64,000 nucleotides of DNA, taken from positions 248,001-312,000 of the IMG/VR virus record IMGVR_UViG_3300028558_000791. The stretch is one strand, 5' to 3'. Below, piece after piece: positions 36,602-47,390 of the stretch. Position 1 is the first letter of the stretch. Each line of letters starts with the position of its first letter. The notes beneath the pieces were generated by a model. The model made no database searches and was not told the origin of the DNA. It saw nothing but the letters and a program-made list of their open reading frames with translations. The translations under genes were made by a program, and so were the position numbers.

Positions 36602-39600
36602 ATGAGTAACTATCCAAACAATATCGATGATGACTCAACCTTACCGGTTGTAAACGACAATCTTACAGAGGTTGGTGGTGATGCCATCAATGCTTTGCGA
36701 GATGCTGTTGTTCAAATTGAAACAGCTTTAGGCACCAACATTGCTGGTTCATCTCCATCATTGGCTGCACGTCTTGGAGTCTTCATTAATCCAGATGGAA
36801 GTCCAAACGCTTCTGTTCTAACTAGTTTAGGATTAGTTACTCTCCCAATCAGAAATGATCAAATTGCTGAAGCTGCTGGCATTCCAGAATCTAAACTACG
36901 TCTAGATTTTAGAACCCAAGACCTATTCAATTACATTAGAGACCTATCACTAGATATCAATACGACTCTTGGATGGATTAATACTGAGGGCATCAAGCTT
37001 GAACCACATTTGATTGGTGCTATCTATCGTCACACGATGGATCAAATTGATGTTAGTAATAATACCAACGATTTCTTGAAGAACAACTTACGTGTTCTAA
37101 GAGATAACACCGAGTCTTACTCTTTAGTTGCAGACATCAACTCAGAACTCCTTGCACATCAATGGGCTGATGGTTCTCCATTCGGACCTCTTAATACAAT
37201 TACTACTAACAACGGCTCTGTTTACACGAGCTACTTCGCTCACGTTGGCAGTGGTATTTTTATCAACCCAAGTAGATTTAATAACATTCCGCAGACTTTG
37301 GACAATCTACAATTATTTGCAGAGTTCATCGATAGCTCTAGCATTTTCTTGCTGGGAACTAGAATCCAGAACTTGTATACTAGTGGTATCTCTAGAGTTT
37401 CTAAGTCATCTAACTTGACAGTAGACGGCTATGGACAGTTCGTTGTTCCACCTACTCCAGCCATTGCTTTCTTGCTCAACATTGGAAACAACAGCAGCCC
37501 ATTTGATGATATCAACTCTGGTGACGACATCGTTGTCTTCAATCCACCTGCTGATATACAGGCCAATAACTATTTCGACTCCCTATTCTCACTTGTTAGA
37601 CCGGGCGACATCATTAGAGTTCATTATGGTGACGGTTACAATATCGAAGTTCCATATATTGTCAAAGAGAAGAAATACAATCCTACAGTTGGTAACAAGA
37701 AATATCTTGTTAGAATTGCTGGTAAGAACCAAGCTTACTCTCCAAATGCTATTGCTAGAATCGATAGGCCACTTGCCAATGGTAATAAGTATGGCGAGCT
37801 ATCTATCTCTCCAGTCAATAATCAATTCAATGCTACTCCAAGCTTGATTATCAACAACCCACGTGGTGCCCAAGCTACTGGTATTGGTTTTGATCCTGAG
37901 CAATTTGACGAAAGTCATTACCTACTCTATCTAGCTTTGTACCCAACGGGTCATGCTGTAGACGGTTATGTTTTCTTACCAGGTATTGACGTAACTGGTA
38001 ACCAAGGTAAAACACCTGGACTATATACTCTTGAATCAATTGTTCAAGCTACCAACAATGCATTCCATGCAGTTGGATTTAACTATAGATTCACTGCTTT
38101 TGCAATAGATGGCGAATTTGGAATCTGTCTCGCGGACTCCTATCATAATAGTGCGTTCTCTATCATTAGCTCTGCAATCGCGCCTAATGGAACAATCGAT
38201 ACGCTAGATAATGGTATCTTCTTCCCTAAGAACGTAATTTCTCTAGTTCCATCGGTAGGCACTGTTGCCCCTGATCCACTAGGATTGGGACCAACTGGTT
38301 CTGGTGTAGCCAGCCCGCCATTCATGACATCCTATGGTTCTTCAGCCGCAGCGTTGAATCCAACCAAACTATTCATTCCTCTCAGAAGAAACAACTACTA
38401 TGTTGATGGTTCTGAAACTGAAAGATTGGCTATTGAAGACTCTCAAGCATTAGATGGCTATGGAGACGGTTATTGGGTAGCAACCCTACAGAACGTTCAA
38501 GTTCAAGTAGGAAGAGTTCAAACAACCTATCGTATTCCACTAAATCTAGACACATCCGGATTGAAAATTGGAAAAACCATTGTTATTCAATCACTTGGAA
38601 GTGGCAGTTTAGTAGATTTTGGTCGTTACATTATTCAAGGGGTAAATTTCAATTGTGCCCCTAATGTGTATACTGATATTACAGTTTACGATTCTGTACA
38701 CGCTAAGGGATTTTCGCCATCAACAACGTTACAACCATTTACTCCTGTTGCAGTATATTTCTGTGCCGACTCTGTATCATTTAATACTGAATCTGCTACC
38801 GATTATGTCTTACCAACACCAACGGGGCTGTTCAAGAGAAACTTCGAAGTTTATGTAGACAATGCTGGAAAAACATTTACTCACGAACGTGGAAGAATGT
38901 CTCAATCTGCCAGTTTGGTTACTGTCAATGATTCTAATCTGCAGGCATCAACTAGCTTAAACAAGTTTGATATCTTAGCCATCTCTCCTAAGTTGAGAGG
39001 TTATCAGTTTGGCTCTGTCAATAAAATTACTCTCAACATGTTTAGCTTCAGCGCTACAACAGGATTGTTTGACGGCTATCTAGCATCTTTTGATGGAACA
39101 TCGCTAACTCATTTTGGCCCTCGCACTCAGGGTAAAAAGGGTGACGTTATCAGATTCTATGATGAGACTAATATTGACTATATTGATCTTGTCATGGATC
39201 CAAATGCCGTTCTTACAGATTTTACTAATCAAAAAATAGACTTCCAGCTATTTCCAACGTTACAGCTTGATACCGAAATCATGTTACTTGGAACTTGCCA
39301 AGTTAACGACTCCAATCAGACTGTTACAAAGATTGTAGATAGGCGCCAGTTCGGAAACACTAGTGAAAAAGATTTAAGTGATTCTGTATTCGATTTCATG
39401 TCGATTCCAGAAAAGCACTTACATTCAAATGGTGTTATCAGAGGGTTTGATATTTTCAATACTTACTCCGGATCTCAGGGCATCATAAACCTAACCGGTG
39501 GAGTTATTTTAGTTGATGGAAATATGATCAGCGTTAATAACGACTCTGTATCCATTCCTATTGTTAAAGAAACGTATCTATCCACATTATACCCTGTAAA

Positions 39601-41125
39601 CTGGGTTGTATGTATCAATACAGATGGTGATTATGTAACAATTCCATTGTTAGATTTTGACTCTACAATCGGTAATCCTTCTACTACCAGTAGAACGTTT
39701 ACAGCCTCAGAGTTTGTAAGTAGCACAACTTACACACTACCCGCTGTAATATTCTCTGACTTGATCAATAAAAGAACCGATCTAACCGTATTGTACATTG
39801 TATCATCTGTAGTAACTGGTATTCCAACGGCTCCAGTTATTACATTAACAACCAAAGATGCCAGAAAGTTCATCTACAAGAAAGATTGGGGTCAGACTCC
39901 AACTTTGGTTGCAGATACTAATATTGGAGAGTTTAGAACTTTTGAGTCACTAGCTTCTTGGTTTAATTTTGATGCGGCTTATACTAACAGCGTCAATATC
40001 AAGGGAACGTTCTCATCTTTCCCAACCACATTTACTTATGGTGGTAGAGTTAGATTTACAGGTGATGGAAACACTATTTTCAATGTAACTAGTGCGTTCT
40101 CTCCAACCAACATTGAGTTCAGTTACCTAACCATCAATGCATCTGCGACTGCAACTTTTACGTCTTCTACTTTAAATAATGCTACGTACAATGCTAATGG
40201 AGTGCAGGTTACATTTACTCAGTCTACAGTAGGCAACTCTACTATATTCGTCAACTCTAGTAGCCAGCTCAACTTTAACAACTCTACCATAAATAACTCC
40301 ATCATAAATATGCAGGGTGGAACTATATTGAGTAGTAACTCTACATTTAATAACTGCACTATCAATTTTACTAGCGCTAATACTGTGAATATTTCTGGAT
40401 TGTCTTCTGTTATGAGAAATTGTACTATCAATTTCAATAGCACAAGTAATACTATGAATATGTCAGGCGCCATTCTTGATAACAAATTCAACTATAGCGT
40501 TATCTTGACTAACTTAATTAACCTAAGTAGTCAGTTTAATGTCAGGGGCAATAGTTTTACACTAAGTAATATCGGTGCGTTTGCACAATTCTTGTCAATA
40601 GCTGATGCTTCTAATGGTATAATTGCAGGAAACTATTTCTTCAGAAGTAGCGTCACCATATCCTCTTACATTTTAGCCCCAGCCTCATTAACTAGTGGAG
40701 TTGTTTCTATCATAAGCAACTTTTTTGACAGCCCAACCATTGATGGTAGCAATCAAAATCTAATCAAGAACTTACCACTATCATGGTTATATACAAATAA
40801 CTTAAACACTCCACCAACTCTAGTAAATAACATAACGGCAACTGGTAACGGATTGATACCTTACAATGTCACCGTATATGATAATGTAATTTCTCTTGTT
40901 CCTAGCGCGGCTATGAACGTCAATTTACCAGCTCTTAGTTTGTCACCACCAGGTAGAACATTAACCATCAAAGATGTCAATGGAGTTTTTGATACTAACC
41001 CAGTTACCCTACATAGAGCCGTCAACACAGAAACTATAGAAGGTATCGCGGCCGATTATGTAATGCTAATTCCTTATGGATCAATTACATTGATAGCTGG
41101 CGCTACTGGTTGGACAATAATATAA
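36602..41125 (+). CDS. Large baseplate/tail fibre protein with C-terminal beta-helix-like region
   Basis: 1507 aa. N-terminal SNYPNNIDD..INALRDAVVQIETALG anchor motif; Asn/Ser-rich periodic C-terminal region. Confidence 0.65.
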   Translation: MSNYPNNIDDDSTLPVVNDNLTEVGGDAINALRDAVVQIETALGTNIAGSSPSLAARLGVFINPDGSPNASVLTSLGLVTLPIRNDQIAEAAGIPESKLRLDFRTQDLFNYIRDLSLDINTTLGWINTEGIKLEPHLIGAIYRHTMDQIDVSNNTNDFLKNNLRVLRDNTESYSLVADINSELLAHQWADGSPFGPLNTITTNNGSVYTSYFAHVGSGIFINPSRFNNIPQTLDNLQLFAEFIDSSSIFLLGTRIQNLYTSGISRVSKSSNLTVDGYGQFVVPPTPAIAFLLNIGNNSSPFDDINSGDDIVVFNPPADIQANNYFDSLFSLVRPGDIIRVHYGDGYNIEVPYIVKEKKYNPTVGNKKYLVRIAGKNQAYSPNAIARIDRPLANGNKYGELSISPVNNQFNATPSLIINNPRGAQATGIGFDPEQFDESHYLLYLALYPTGHAVDGYVFLPGIDVTGNQGKTPGLYTLESIVQATNNAFHAVGFNYRFTAFAIDGEFGICLADSYHNSAFSIISSAIAPNGTIDTLDNGIFFPKNVISLVPSVGTVAPDPLGLGPTGSGVASPPFMTSYGSSAAALNPTKLFIPLRRNNYYVDGSETERLAIEDSQALDGYGDGYWVATLQNVQVQVGRVQTTYRIPLNLDTSGLKIGKTIVIQSLGSGSLVDFGRYIIQGVNFNCAPNVYTDITVYDSVHAKGFSPSTTLQPFTPVAVYFCADSVSFNTESATDYVLPTPTGLFKRNFEVYVDNAGKTFTHERGRMSQSASLVTVNDSNLQASTSLNKFDILAISPKLRGYQFGSVNKITLNMFSFSATTGLFDGYLASFDGTSLTHFGPRTQGKKGDVIRFYDETNIDYIDLVMDPNAVLTDFTNQKIDFQLFPTLQLDTEIMLLGTCQVNDSNQTVTKIVDRRQFGNTSEKDLSDSVFDFMSIPEKHLHSNGVIRGFDIFNTYSGSQGIINLTGGVILVDGNMISVNNDSVSIPIVKETYLSTLYPVNWVVCINTDGDYVTIPLLDFDSTIGNPSTTSRTFTASEFVSSTTYTLPAVIFSDLINKRTDLTVLYIVSSVVTGIPTAPVITLTTKDARKFIYKKDWGQTPTLVADTNIGEFRTFESLASWFNFDAAYTNSVNIKGTFSSFPTTFTYGGRVRFTGDGNTIFNVTSAFSPTNIEFSYLTINASATATFTSSTLNNATYNANGVQVTFTQSTVGNSTIFVNSSSQLNFNNSTINNSIINMQGGTILSSNSTFNNCTINFTSANTVNISGLSSVMRNCTINFNSTSNTMNMSGAILDNKFNYSVILTNLINLSSQFNVRGNSFTLSNIGAFAQFLSIADASNGIIAGNYFFRSSVTISSYILAPASLTSGVVSIISNFFDSPTIDGSNQNLIKNLPLSWLYTNNLNTPPTLVNNITATGNGLIPYNVTVYDNVISLVPSAAMNVNLPALSLSPPGRTLTIKDVNGVFDTNPVTLHRAVNTETIEGIAADYVMLIPYGSITLIAGATGWTII

Positions 41126-41137
41126 AGGCAATACAAC

Positions 41138-42415
41138 ATGACAGTTTCTAGATTAGTTAAACAGCTTTTTACTTTTAATGGTGGTGCCAACGCACAGACG
41201 ACCATGAATAACAATCCTGATGGTCTTACTTTGCCCGCATCAACTATTACTGTTGCCTCAACTGCTCAATTTACAACTAGTGGTCAGATAAGTTTTTACT
41301 CAGCTACTGGTACTAATTCATATACACTTGTAACGATTACTTATACTGGAAAAACTGCAACAACTTTTACGGGATGCACGGGTGGTAGCGGCACGGTATT
41401 TAATCTAGAAACCTATCCTAGCCCAACCATTGTTACTCAAACCAATGCAACTAATCAAGTACTTACTGGTACTTGGGTTTGTCCTCCTGGTGTAAAATGG
41501 GTATGGGTAACTGGTTCTGGCGGAGGTGGCGGTGGTGGAAGTGGTGCTTCAGTTAGCTCCACCAACAATGCTTATCCTCTATTTATCTGGTGTCTTGCTG
41601 GTGGTGGAGGTGGTGGACAAGCTGCTGTCACAAGCACTCATGTAGTCCCTGTAGTCCCTGGAGTATCCTATCCAATCTCTATTGGACTAGGAGGTCTCGG
41701 AGCTGTTCCTAATCCTGTTTGGAACGGTGCTCCTTATGTAGTTACTGCCCTTTATCCTAATAACTATGGTGGTGCATGTTGGGGCAATCCAGGTTCTAAT
41801 GGACAGAGTAGCGTATTTGGCTCCACTATTTTTGGTGGTGGTCAAGGTGGTAGACGTGGAGAAATATTACAACGTGTTGCTGCCTTCAATGAAATTTCTG
41901 GTTTCGCTGGTGGCGATAATGCGGTGGGCTACACAGAGTATAATAAAACAGATGCTGGTCAAGGTGCGTTCCCAGCTCCATTCCCAAATCCAGTCTTAGG
42001 TGGACAGATTGTTCAAGGAAGAACTTATGGAATTTGGAATCCTCCAGGTATTCAATCATCTCAATTTACTTTAGATCAAGTTATGACTATTGGTCTAATC
42101 AACAACTCTCAATCTCTGGTTGCTAATTCTGCTCCTGCGGGACCTAACGACAACTGGTTGCCAGGCTCTGGTGGAGGTGGTGGCGGTGGCGGTGGTGGTA
42201 CTTCAAACAATGCTTACTCAATTGGTGGCGGTGGTGGAGCAGCTTCATTCGGTAACGCTGGAAATAACTTTCCACAAGGTGGTGCTTTTGGATACTACGG
42301 TGGCGGTGGTGGTGGCGGTGGAGGCGGAGAAGGAGTTGTCTTCAATAACACACATGACGGCGCCCACGGTGGTAATGGTGGTGCAGGCTTCATAGAAATA
42401 TCATGGATACAATAA
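41138..42415 (+). CDS. Glycine-rich tail fibre/receptor-binding protein
   Basis: WVCPPGVKWVWVTGSGGGGGGG...GGNGGAGFIEISW glycine-rich domain. Confidence 0.7.
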   Translation: MTVSRLVKQLFTFNGGANAQTTMNNNPDGLTLPASTITVASTAQFTTSGQISFYSATGTNSYTLVTITYTGKTATTFTGCTGGSGTVFNLETYPSPTIVTQTNATNQVLTGTWVCPPGVKWVWVTGSGGGGGGGSGASVSSTNNAYPLFIWCLAGGGGGGQAAVTSTHVVPVVPGVSYPISIGLGGLGAVPNPVWNGAPYVVTALYPNNYGGACWGNPGSNGQSSVFGSTIFGGGQGGRRGEILQRVAAFNEISGFAGGDNAVGYTEYNKTDAGQGAFPAPFPNPVLGGQIVQGRTYGIWNPPGIQSSQFTLDQVMTIGLINNSQSLVANSAPAGPNDNWLPGSGGGGGGGGGGTSNNAYSIGGGGGAASFGNAGNNFPQGGAFGYYGGGGGGGGGGEGVVFNNTHDGAHGGNGGAGFIEISWIQ

Positions 42416-42780
42416 TGAAAAATGTAGCTTATAAGACAATGCAAAATAACCCTAATGTACCTAATGGTTTTATCATTGATCATTTTGAAACTGATGAAGA
42501 TGTTGTAGAAGGATATTCAGTTGTTAGTAAAGATGTTTTCTCTCAATTACTACTAAACAATGTAGAGCTTATGAGAGGGCATGAAGATAATAAGGGAGTT
42601 GTAAGTGCTGATCCCAATTTACCAAGTGTTCCTGTAAGGCCAAATGAACACGCCGAGCCAGCTTCTGTCAATATGATGACCGAAAGAAATAAAGCAATAC
42701 AGCAGAATCAAGATGACTTAGCATTATTTCAACAATTTATGGCTTGGAAAAAGACTCAGGGCTCCGGTTCTGGTTCATAA
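42415..42780 (+). CDS. Hypothetical protein, possibly a fibre assembly chaperone
   Basis: TAATG coupling to the fibre gene (track start 42403). Confidence 0.45.
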   Translation: MKNVAYKTMQNNPNVPNGFIIDHFETDEDVVEGYSVVSKDVFSQLLLNNVELMRGHEDNKGVVSADPNLPSVPVRPNEHAEPASVNMMTERNKAIQQNQDDLALFQQFMAWKKTQGSGSGS

Positions 42781-42794
42781 TTTGACATTACCAT

Positions 42795-43622
42795 ATGTCC
42801 TCGAATAATTTCTTCAGATCCGATCTATTCGGAATTTACAATATCATTCAAGCTTCAATGATAGTGTATCCGAAAGAAATCATCATTGCTACTTTGCGTG
42901 ATTTTTTTTCGCATGACAGTTATTATCATTTCTCTAAAGATCAATGGGGATTCCCAAATACGACAGATCATACCGATTTGCCACCTGGCGCAGATTTGCC
43001 ACGTGGCCCAGGCGCCCATCCAGAGCTAAATCCAAACCCAATTCTACCAACACGTCTTTTTATTGGAGAAAATTACCGTTACGATGGTATTTTCTACCCT
43101 GCCATTCTAGTTAAAAGTGGTGGTTCACGCTATGTTCCGATTTCTATCAATCGTGATCAAGGCGAAATAAAATACGATAATGTTTTGTTCATTGATGAAT
43201 TTGGTAATGAAACAATCGTAAGAAAACCAGTTTCTTTGGTAACATCAGGGGCCTGGGAAGGCTCGATAGTTATTGATGTAATGAGCCGCAGTTTGAGGGC
43301 AAGAGATGATTTAGCGGAGCTAGTTGCAATGTGCTTTACTGAAGTACATTTCGATACGCTTCACGACATAGGTATCGTAGTTAAACCTATTTCAATAGGC
43401 GCTCCATCAGAAACAGATGATCGAAATGATAAGCTATTTAGGCAATCTTTAACATTAGATATAAGAACAGAGTGGCGCAGAGAAGTACCTATATCTAGCA
43501 CTATCGATGCAATTCTTTTTACAGCTAGCTTCGGGGACCTGTCAAAACCAAGCAGCCCAATTGCAGCAAACCTGACTATCAATACAGAAACTAACACGGC
43601 AGATATGCTACTAAAAATGTAA
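42795..43622 (+). CDS. Putative tail terminator/completion protein
   Basis: Directly upstream of the sheath; YPAILVK...IDVMSRS..RDDLAELV pattern. Confidence 0.5.
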   Translation: MSSNNFFRSDLFGIYNIIQASMIVYPKEIIIATLRDFFSHDSYYHFSKDQWGFPNTTDHTDLPPGADLPRGPGAHPELNPNPILPTRLFIGENYRYDGIFYPAILVKSGGSRYVPISINRDQGEIKYDNVLFIDEFGNETIVRKPVSLVTSGAWEGSIVIDVMSRSLRARDDLAELVAMCFTEVHFDTLHDIGIVVKPISIGAPSETDDRNDKLFRQSLTLDIRTEWRREVPISSTIDAILFTASFGDLSKPSSPIAANLTINTETNTADMLLKM

Positions 43623-43760
43623 GTTACTGTGGCGAATAAAGGCAAATTGAAAAGTTTAAGACCCTGCAAGACAACAAAATGTGGTAATATAGCGCCAAGG
43701 ATAGCAATATTACTACATTTTAGTGATACAACCCACAAAACCGAGTGAGAAGGATTTAAC

Positions 43761-46589
43761 ATGGCAGATATACCAGGCGCAACAAATGCCTTACCAGGAG
43801 TATTCACCGACGTAATTACCCAGTCAAGTGGTGTTGCGCTCCCTGGAGGTTCCCGTGTCGTAGCTATGATCGGTCAAGGCTCGACTAATGAAGTTCTAGT
43901 GTCTCAAGCACTAGGCGGTGGTCAAGACGGACTCAATGATACTTACACTTCGAACTCTGGTTCGGACGGCAGACATTTTGCTCTTTCTCACTTCCCTGTA
44001 ATCCAAAACCGTACAACCATTTTCAAGAATGGTGTTCCACTAGTAGGTTTGGAACTAGGACCAATCACCCCATCAACGACCTTCAGTTTCAGCTATGACT
44101 ACCAACTAGACCCAACTACTGGTCACGTTCTATTCCAAGCAGCTCACTTGTTAGATCAAGGCGGCTCTTTCTATACTCCGCTGAACACTAATGTTGGTTT
44201 GGGTAGCCTCAATGGTTTGACATTAGAAGATAATAATGCTCCACCTGAAACTTGGACCATTCGTTGCGTATCTGTTCAAAGAACTGCAATGAACCAACCA
44301 ATCGGCGGAACTGCCAAGTTCTTAGCTTTCGGTTCTGTGTCTGGCGCTAAGTTGGATGCCAATGGTAATCCAATTGTTTGGATTGCTAATGGACAGGTTG
44401 TTTCTAACGGCATTCTAAGCTTCAGCATTACTGAGACTCAAGTTTCTAGCATGGTCGTATCTCCATTCCGTGAAGGCGATGCTTTTACTGTAATGGTTGC
44501 CAGTGGAGTTCTAGTTCGTGGAGACTCTGTCACCGCAACTGATATCCCACTTGCTAATATCAATAACCCAACCCTAACTCAGGGAATCAGCGACATCTTC
44601 AACTTCAGCGGTCCAGCTAGCTTGACTAACAACCTAAGCTTGGGTGGTCAGTTGCTCTACGCCAACGGCGCATCTTCTATGATCGCTGTTCAAGCAGCCC
44701 CTCCACTACCAAGAAGAACATCTTATGTTATGGCCCCAACAGTTAATTCGTTGTCCACTAACCCAGATGAATTTGTCTTCCCCTTCCCACTAGGTGTTGT
44801 ACCAGATTTCAATGCTGAAGTACATGTGTTCGTAACGAACCCAACTACTCAAGTTGAGACTCAGTTGCTACCAAACAAGTATCCTTACTACACGTTAGGT
44901 ACTTCTGGTAATCCAACTAAGAGCCAATTCATCTTCAGCAATTTGCAGCCACCTTCTGGCTACTCCTTCGACTATAGCATTATTAACAGCTTTGAAACTG
45001 TTGTAAGCGGATTCGACGGATATGTTGGTAGACTACCAGCCTTTGGTACTCAAGGTGTCTTCCACGCTGAGAGCGCAAACTTCAATTCCGGATACACTGG
45101 TAAGTTGCTTAAGATCATTGACTCTACCAATGCTGCAAACATTGGAACTTTCAATATCACTGCGGTTTCTAACGGACAATTGAGCATCCAGACTATCACC
45201 TCCGGTGAACCTGGTGATCCAGTTCCATTCCCAAGCCCAAGTGGTTTCCCAGATTTCACTTCACAAGGTTCAGGCGTAGCTTTCGAGCTAGTTCAAATTT
45301 CTACTGGACTACCAGTCTCTGGTAAGTCTGGTACTGATGGAACTTTGGTTGCCTTCTTGAACACTGCTACTGGCGATTTGAACAGCACTGCAGTTAACTT
45401 CAATATCCCAGATTTGGTAGCAGACTACAGACTACAAATCAATGGCTCTACTGTTGGTAATGATGGTCTCTACGATATTATCGCATATAACTCATTCACC
45501 AATACTCTAACCTTGCAGATGACTTTCGTAAGCGAGAGCAATGTTAGATATGAAGTTCTTGATCCAGGTGCAGTCAGCACTTACTTGGTTATGAACCATA
45601 ACGTTGTTCCAAATGGAAATCAACTCAGAGTCACAATCGTAGACACTAGAGATGCAACCTTCTTCGATGCAGGTTGGCTCAATGCTCTATCAGTTCTTGA
45701 AACTGTTGAATGTGATATTTTGGTACCACTACCAAACCAGACTATTTCAGTTATCTTCCAAAACTGCCTAAGCCATTGTATCACAATGAGCAATATCGCG
45801 AATAGAAAAGAACGCGTGTTGTTCATCGGAGCAATCCAAGGCTTACTTCCAGCTAACTTGACTGGTGTATCTCCAGCGGCCGTTGAAAACATCGGTATCC
45901 TTGAAGGTATCCAAGGTGATAACATCACTGACGTCCTAGCTGGTAACGTAGAAGACCTAGCCAACTACTCCGTATCTGATGCTTACGGTTCAACGTTCAG
46001 ATGTGTATACTTCTACCCTGACCAGATTGTTGTTCAGGCAGGCGCAGAGAACATACTAGTTGATGGTTTCTATATCGCAGCAGCCGCAGCCGGTTATGCA
46101 AACGCAGACTTGGCTCTACAGAATCCATTTACCAACAAGGTATTTAGCGGATTCACTATCCTAAGAAACAAGACCTTCTCTCCTCTAGTGCTTGAGCAAT
46201 TGGCAGCAGCCGGTGTAACTACCCTACAGCCAGTAGCAGGTGGCGGTAGAGTTGTATGGGGAATCACTACCAGCCAGTCTGGATTCCCAGAAGAGCAAGA
46301 AATTTCTATCGTCTTCATTAGAGATAGAGTTGCTAAGGTTCTACGTTCTGGATTCTCCGGATTCATCGGAACTCCACAACTACCAACCACTCAGACTTCA
46401 CTAAGTACAGAAGCGGTCATCCTACTCAACTCCTTGATTTCTCAGGGATTGATTACGGCCTTCAAGGGATTGTCGGTACAACAGGACTCAGTAGATCCAC
46501 GTCAATGGAATATTGCAGTAAGTGTTCAACCAGTTTACCCAATCAACTGGATCTATATTAAGGTTACAGTAGCTAATTTGGGAGCTTGA
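43761..46589 (+). CDS. Contractile tail sheath protein
   Basis: N-terminal PGVFT; C-terminal sheath domain HCITMS..RKER, WGITT, EISIVFIRD, VQPVYPINWIYI. Confidence 0.9.
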   Translation: MADIPGATNALPGVFTDVITQSSGVALPGGSRVVAMIGQGSTNEVLVSQALGGGQDGLNDTYTSNSGSDGRHFALSHFPVIQNRTTIFKNGVPLVGLELGPITPSTTFSFSYDYQLDPTTGHVLFQAAHLLDQGGSFYTPLNTNVGLGSLNGLTLEDNNAPPETWTIRCVSVQRTAMNQPIGGTAKFLAFGSVSGAKLDANGNPIVWIANGQVVSNGILSFSITETQVSSMVVSPFREGDAFTVMVASGVLVRGDSVTATDIPLANINNPTLTQGISDIFNFSGPASLTNNLSLGGQLLYANGASSMIAVQAAPPLPRRTSYVMAPTVNSLSTNPDEFVFPFPLGVVPDFNAEVHVFVTNPTTQVETQLLPNKYPYYTLGTSGNPTKSQFIFSNLQPPSGYSFDYSIINSFETVVSGFDGYVGRLPAFGTQGVFHAESANFNSGYTGKLLKIIDSTNAANIGTFNITAVSNGQLSIQTITSGEPGDPVPFPSPSGFPDFTSQGSGVAFELVQISTGLPVSGKSGTDGTLVAFLNTATGDLNSTAVNFNIPDLVADYRLQINGSTVGNDGLYDIIAYNSFTNTLTLQMTFVSESNVRYEVLDPGAVSTYLVMNHNVVPNGNQLRVTIVDTRDATFFDAGWLNALSVLETVECDILVPLPNQTISVIFQNCLSHCITMSNIANRKERVLFIGAIQGLLPANLTGVSPAAVENIGILEGIQGDNITDVLAGNVEDLANYSVSDAYGSTFRCVYFYPDQIVVQAGAENILVDGFYIAAAAAGYANADLALQNPFTNKVFSGFTILRNKTFSPLVLEQLAAAGVTTLQPVAGGGRVVWGITTSQSGFPEEQEISIVFIRDRVAKVLRSGFSGFIGTPQLPTTQTSLSTEAVILLNSLISQGLITAFKGLSVQQDSVDPRQWNIAVSVQPVYPINWIYIKVTVANLGA

Positions 46590-46617
46590 TATATATCAAT
46601 CTAGGGAGTATAAATAA

Positions 46618-47301
46618 ATGGTAACAGGCTATCCACAAACAGGTTCACTACTTAATTTAGGTGACGGATTCGGTACTAACACTACCAACACCGCAATTTC
46701 AACTAACATCTTATTGGCTGTAAGAACCCCAAGTGGGTACCAGCCAATTGGAGCTGTTCAATCAATGGCAATCTCTGAGAAGAGATCAATCAAGATGATT
46801 GACGAAGTTGGAACAGATGGTCATATCGACTCTGTACCTAACCAATCAACTAATGTAACTGGCACTTGTCAGAGAGTTAGATTCCAAAAGCTAAGAGTCG
46901 CTGAAGCATTCGATAGAGGCTTCTTACACGTAGCTGCACAGGCTTATCCTTTTGATATTGTTATCTTTGATAAGCAGAAGTTCCAAGTTCAAGCACAGGT
47001 TACTACGATCATTAAGAACGTATGGATTTCTGGTATTGACTATACTTACCAAGTAAGTGATTGGGTTATCACTGACTCAATGACTTGGGAAGCGGAACAC
47101 ATTTTCAGCACAGTTAACGGTGGTCCAGCCGCTGTTGGTGGTCAGAACAACTTGGTCAAGCCATTCGCTGGCGCATCCAATCCAAACTGGATTGAATCTC
47201 AGACTGACATGGGTGGCAGCGGTAGAAGAGGTTCTTTGGATGCTGCTGGTCTTATCGACCTTGGCTCCAGCCAGTACCCAGGTTCTTCCGGAATCTACTA
47301 A
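46618..47301 (+). CDS. Tail tube protein
   Basis: Follows the sheath. IGAVQS..E, EVGTDG, PFDIVI, IKNVWI, WEAE. Strong SD and a downstream terminator. Confidence 0.8.
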   Translation: MVTGYPQTGSLLNLGDGFGTNTTNTAISTNILLAVRTPSGYQPIGAVQSMAISEKRSIKMIDEVGTDGHIDSVPNQSTNVTGTCQRVRFQKLRVAEAFDRGFLHVAAQAYPFDIVIFDKQKFQVQAQVTTIIKNVWISGIDYTYQVSDWVITDSMTWEAEHIFSTVNGGPAAVGGQNNLVKPFAGASNPNWIESQTDMGGSGRRGSLDAAGLIDLGSSQYPGSSGIY

Positions 47302-47327
47302 TCCTTTCTAATAACATAGAATTACTT

Positions 47328-47358
47328 AAAGCGCTTGGCTAAACAGTCAGGCGCTTTT
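47328..47358 (+). terminator. Intrinsic terminator after the tube gene
   Basis: AAAGCGCTTGGCT-AAAC-AGTCAGGCGCTTTT. Confidence 0.85.
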
Positions 47359-47390
47359 CATTTGTTATATATTTGGTTAGGAGTTGTGCA

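Noticed and set aside
41500-42330. GGT/GGC microsatellite-like runs as contingency loci
   Set aside because: They encode poly-Gly of the glycine-rich fibre domain with mixed codons, not pure slippage tracts.
30076-42787. TTGACA at 30076 and 42782 as sigma70 -35 boxes
   Set aside because: No TAnnnT at 16-18 nt spacing before the start codon; both fit the CATAA-N4-ACAT motif instead.
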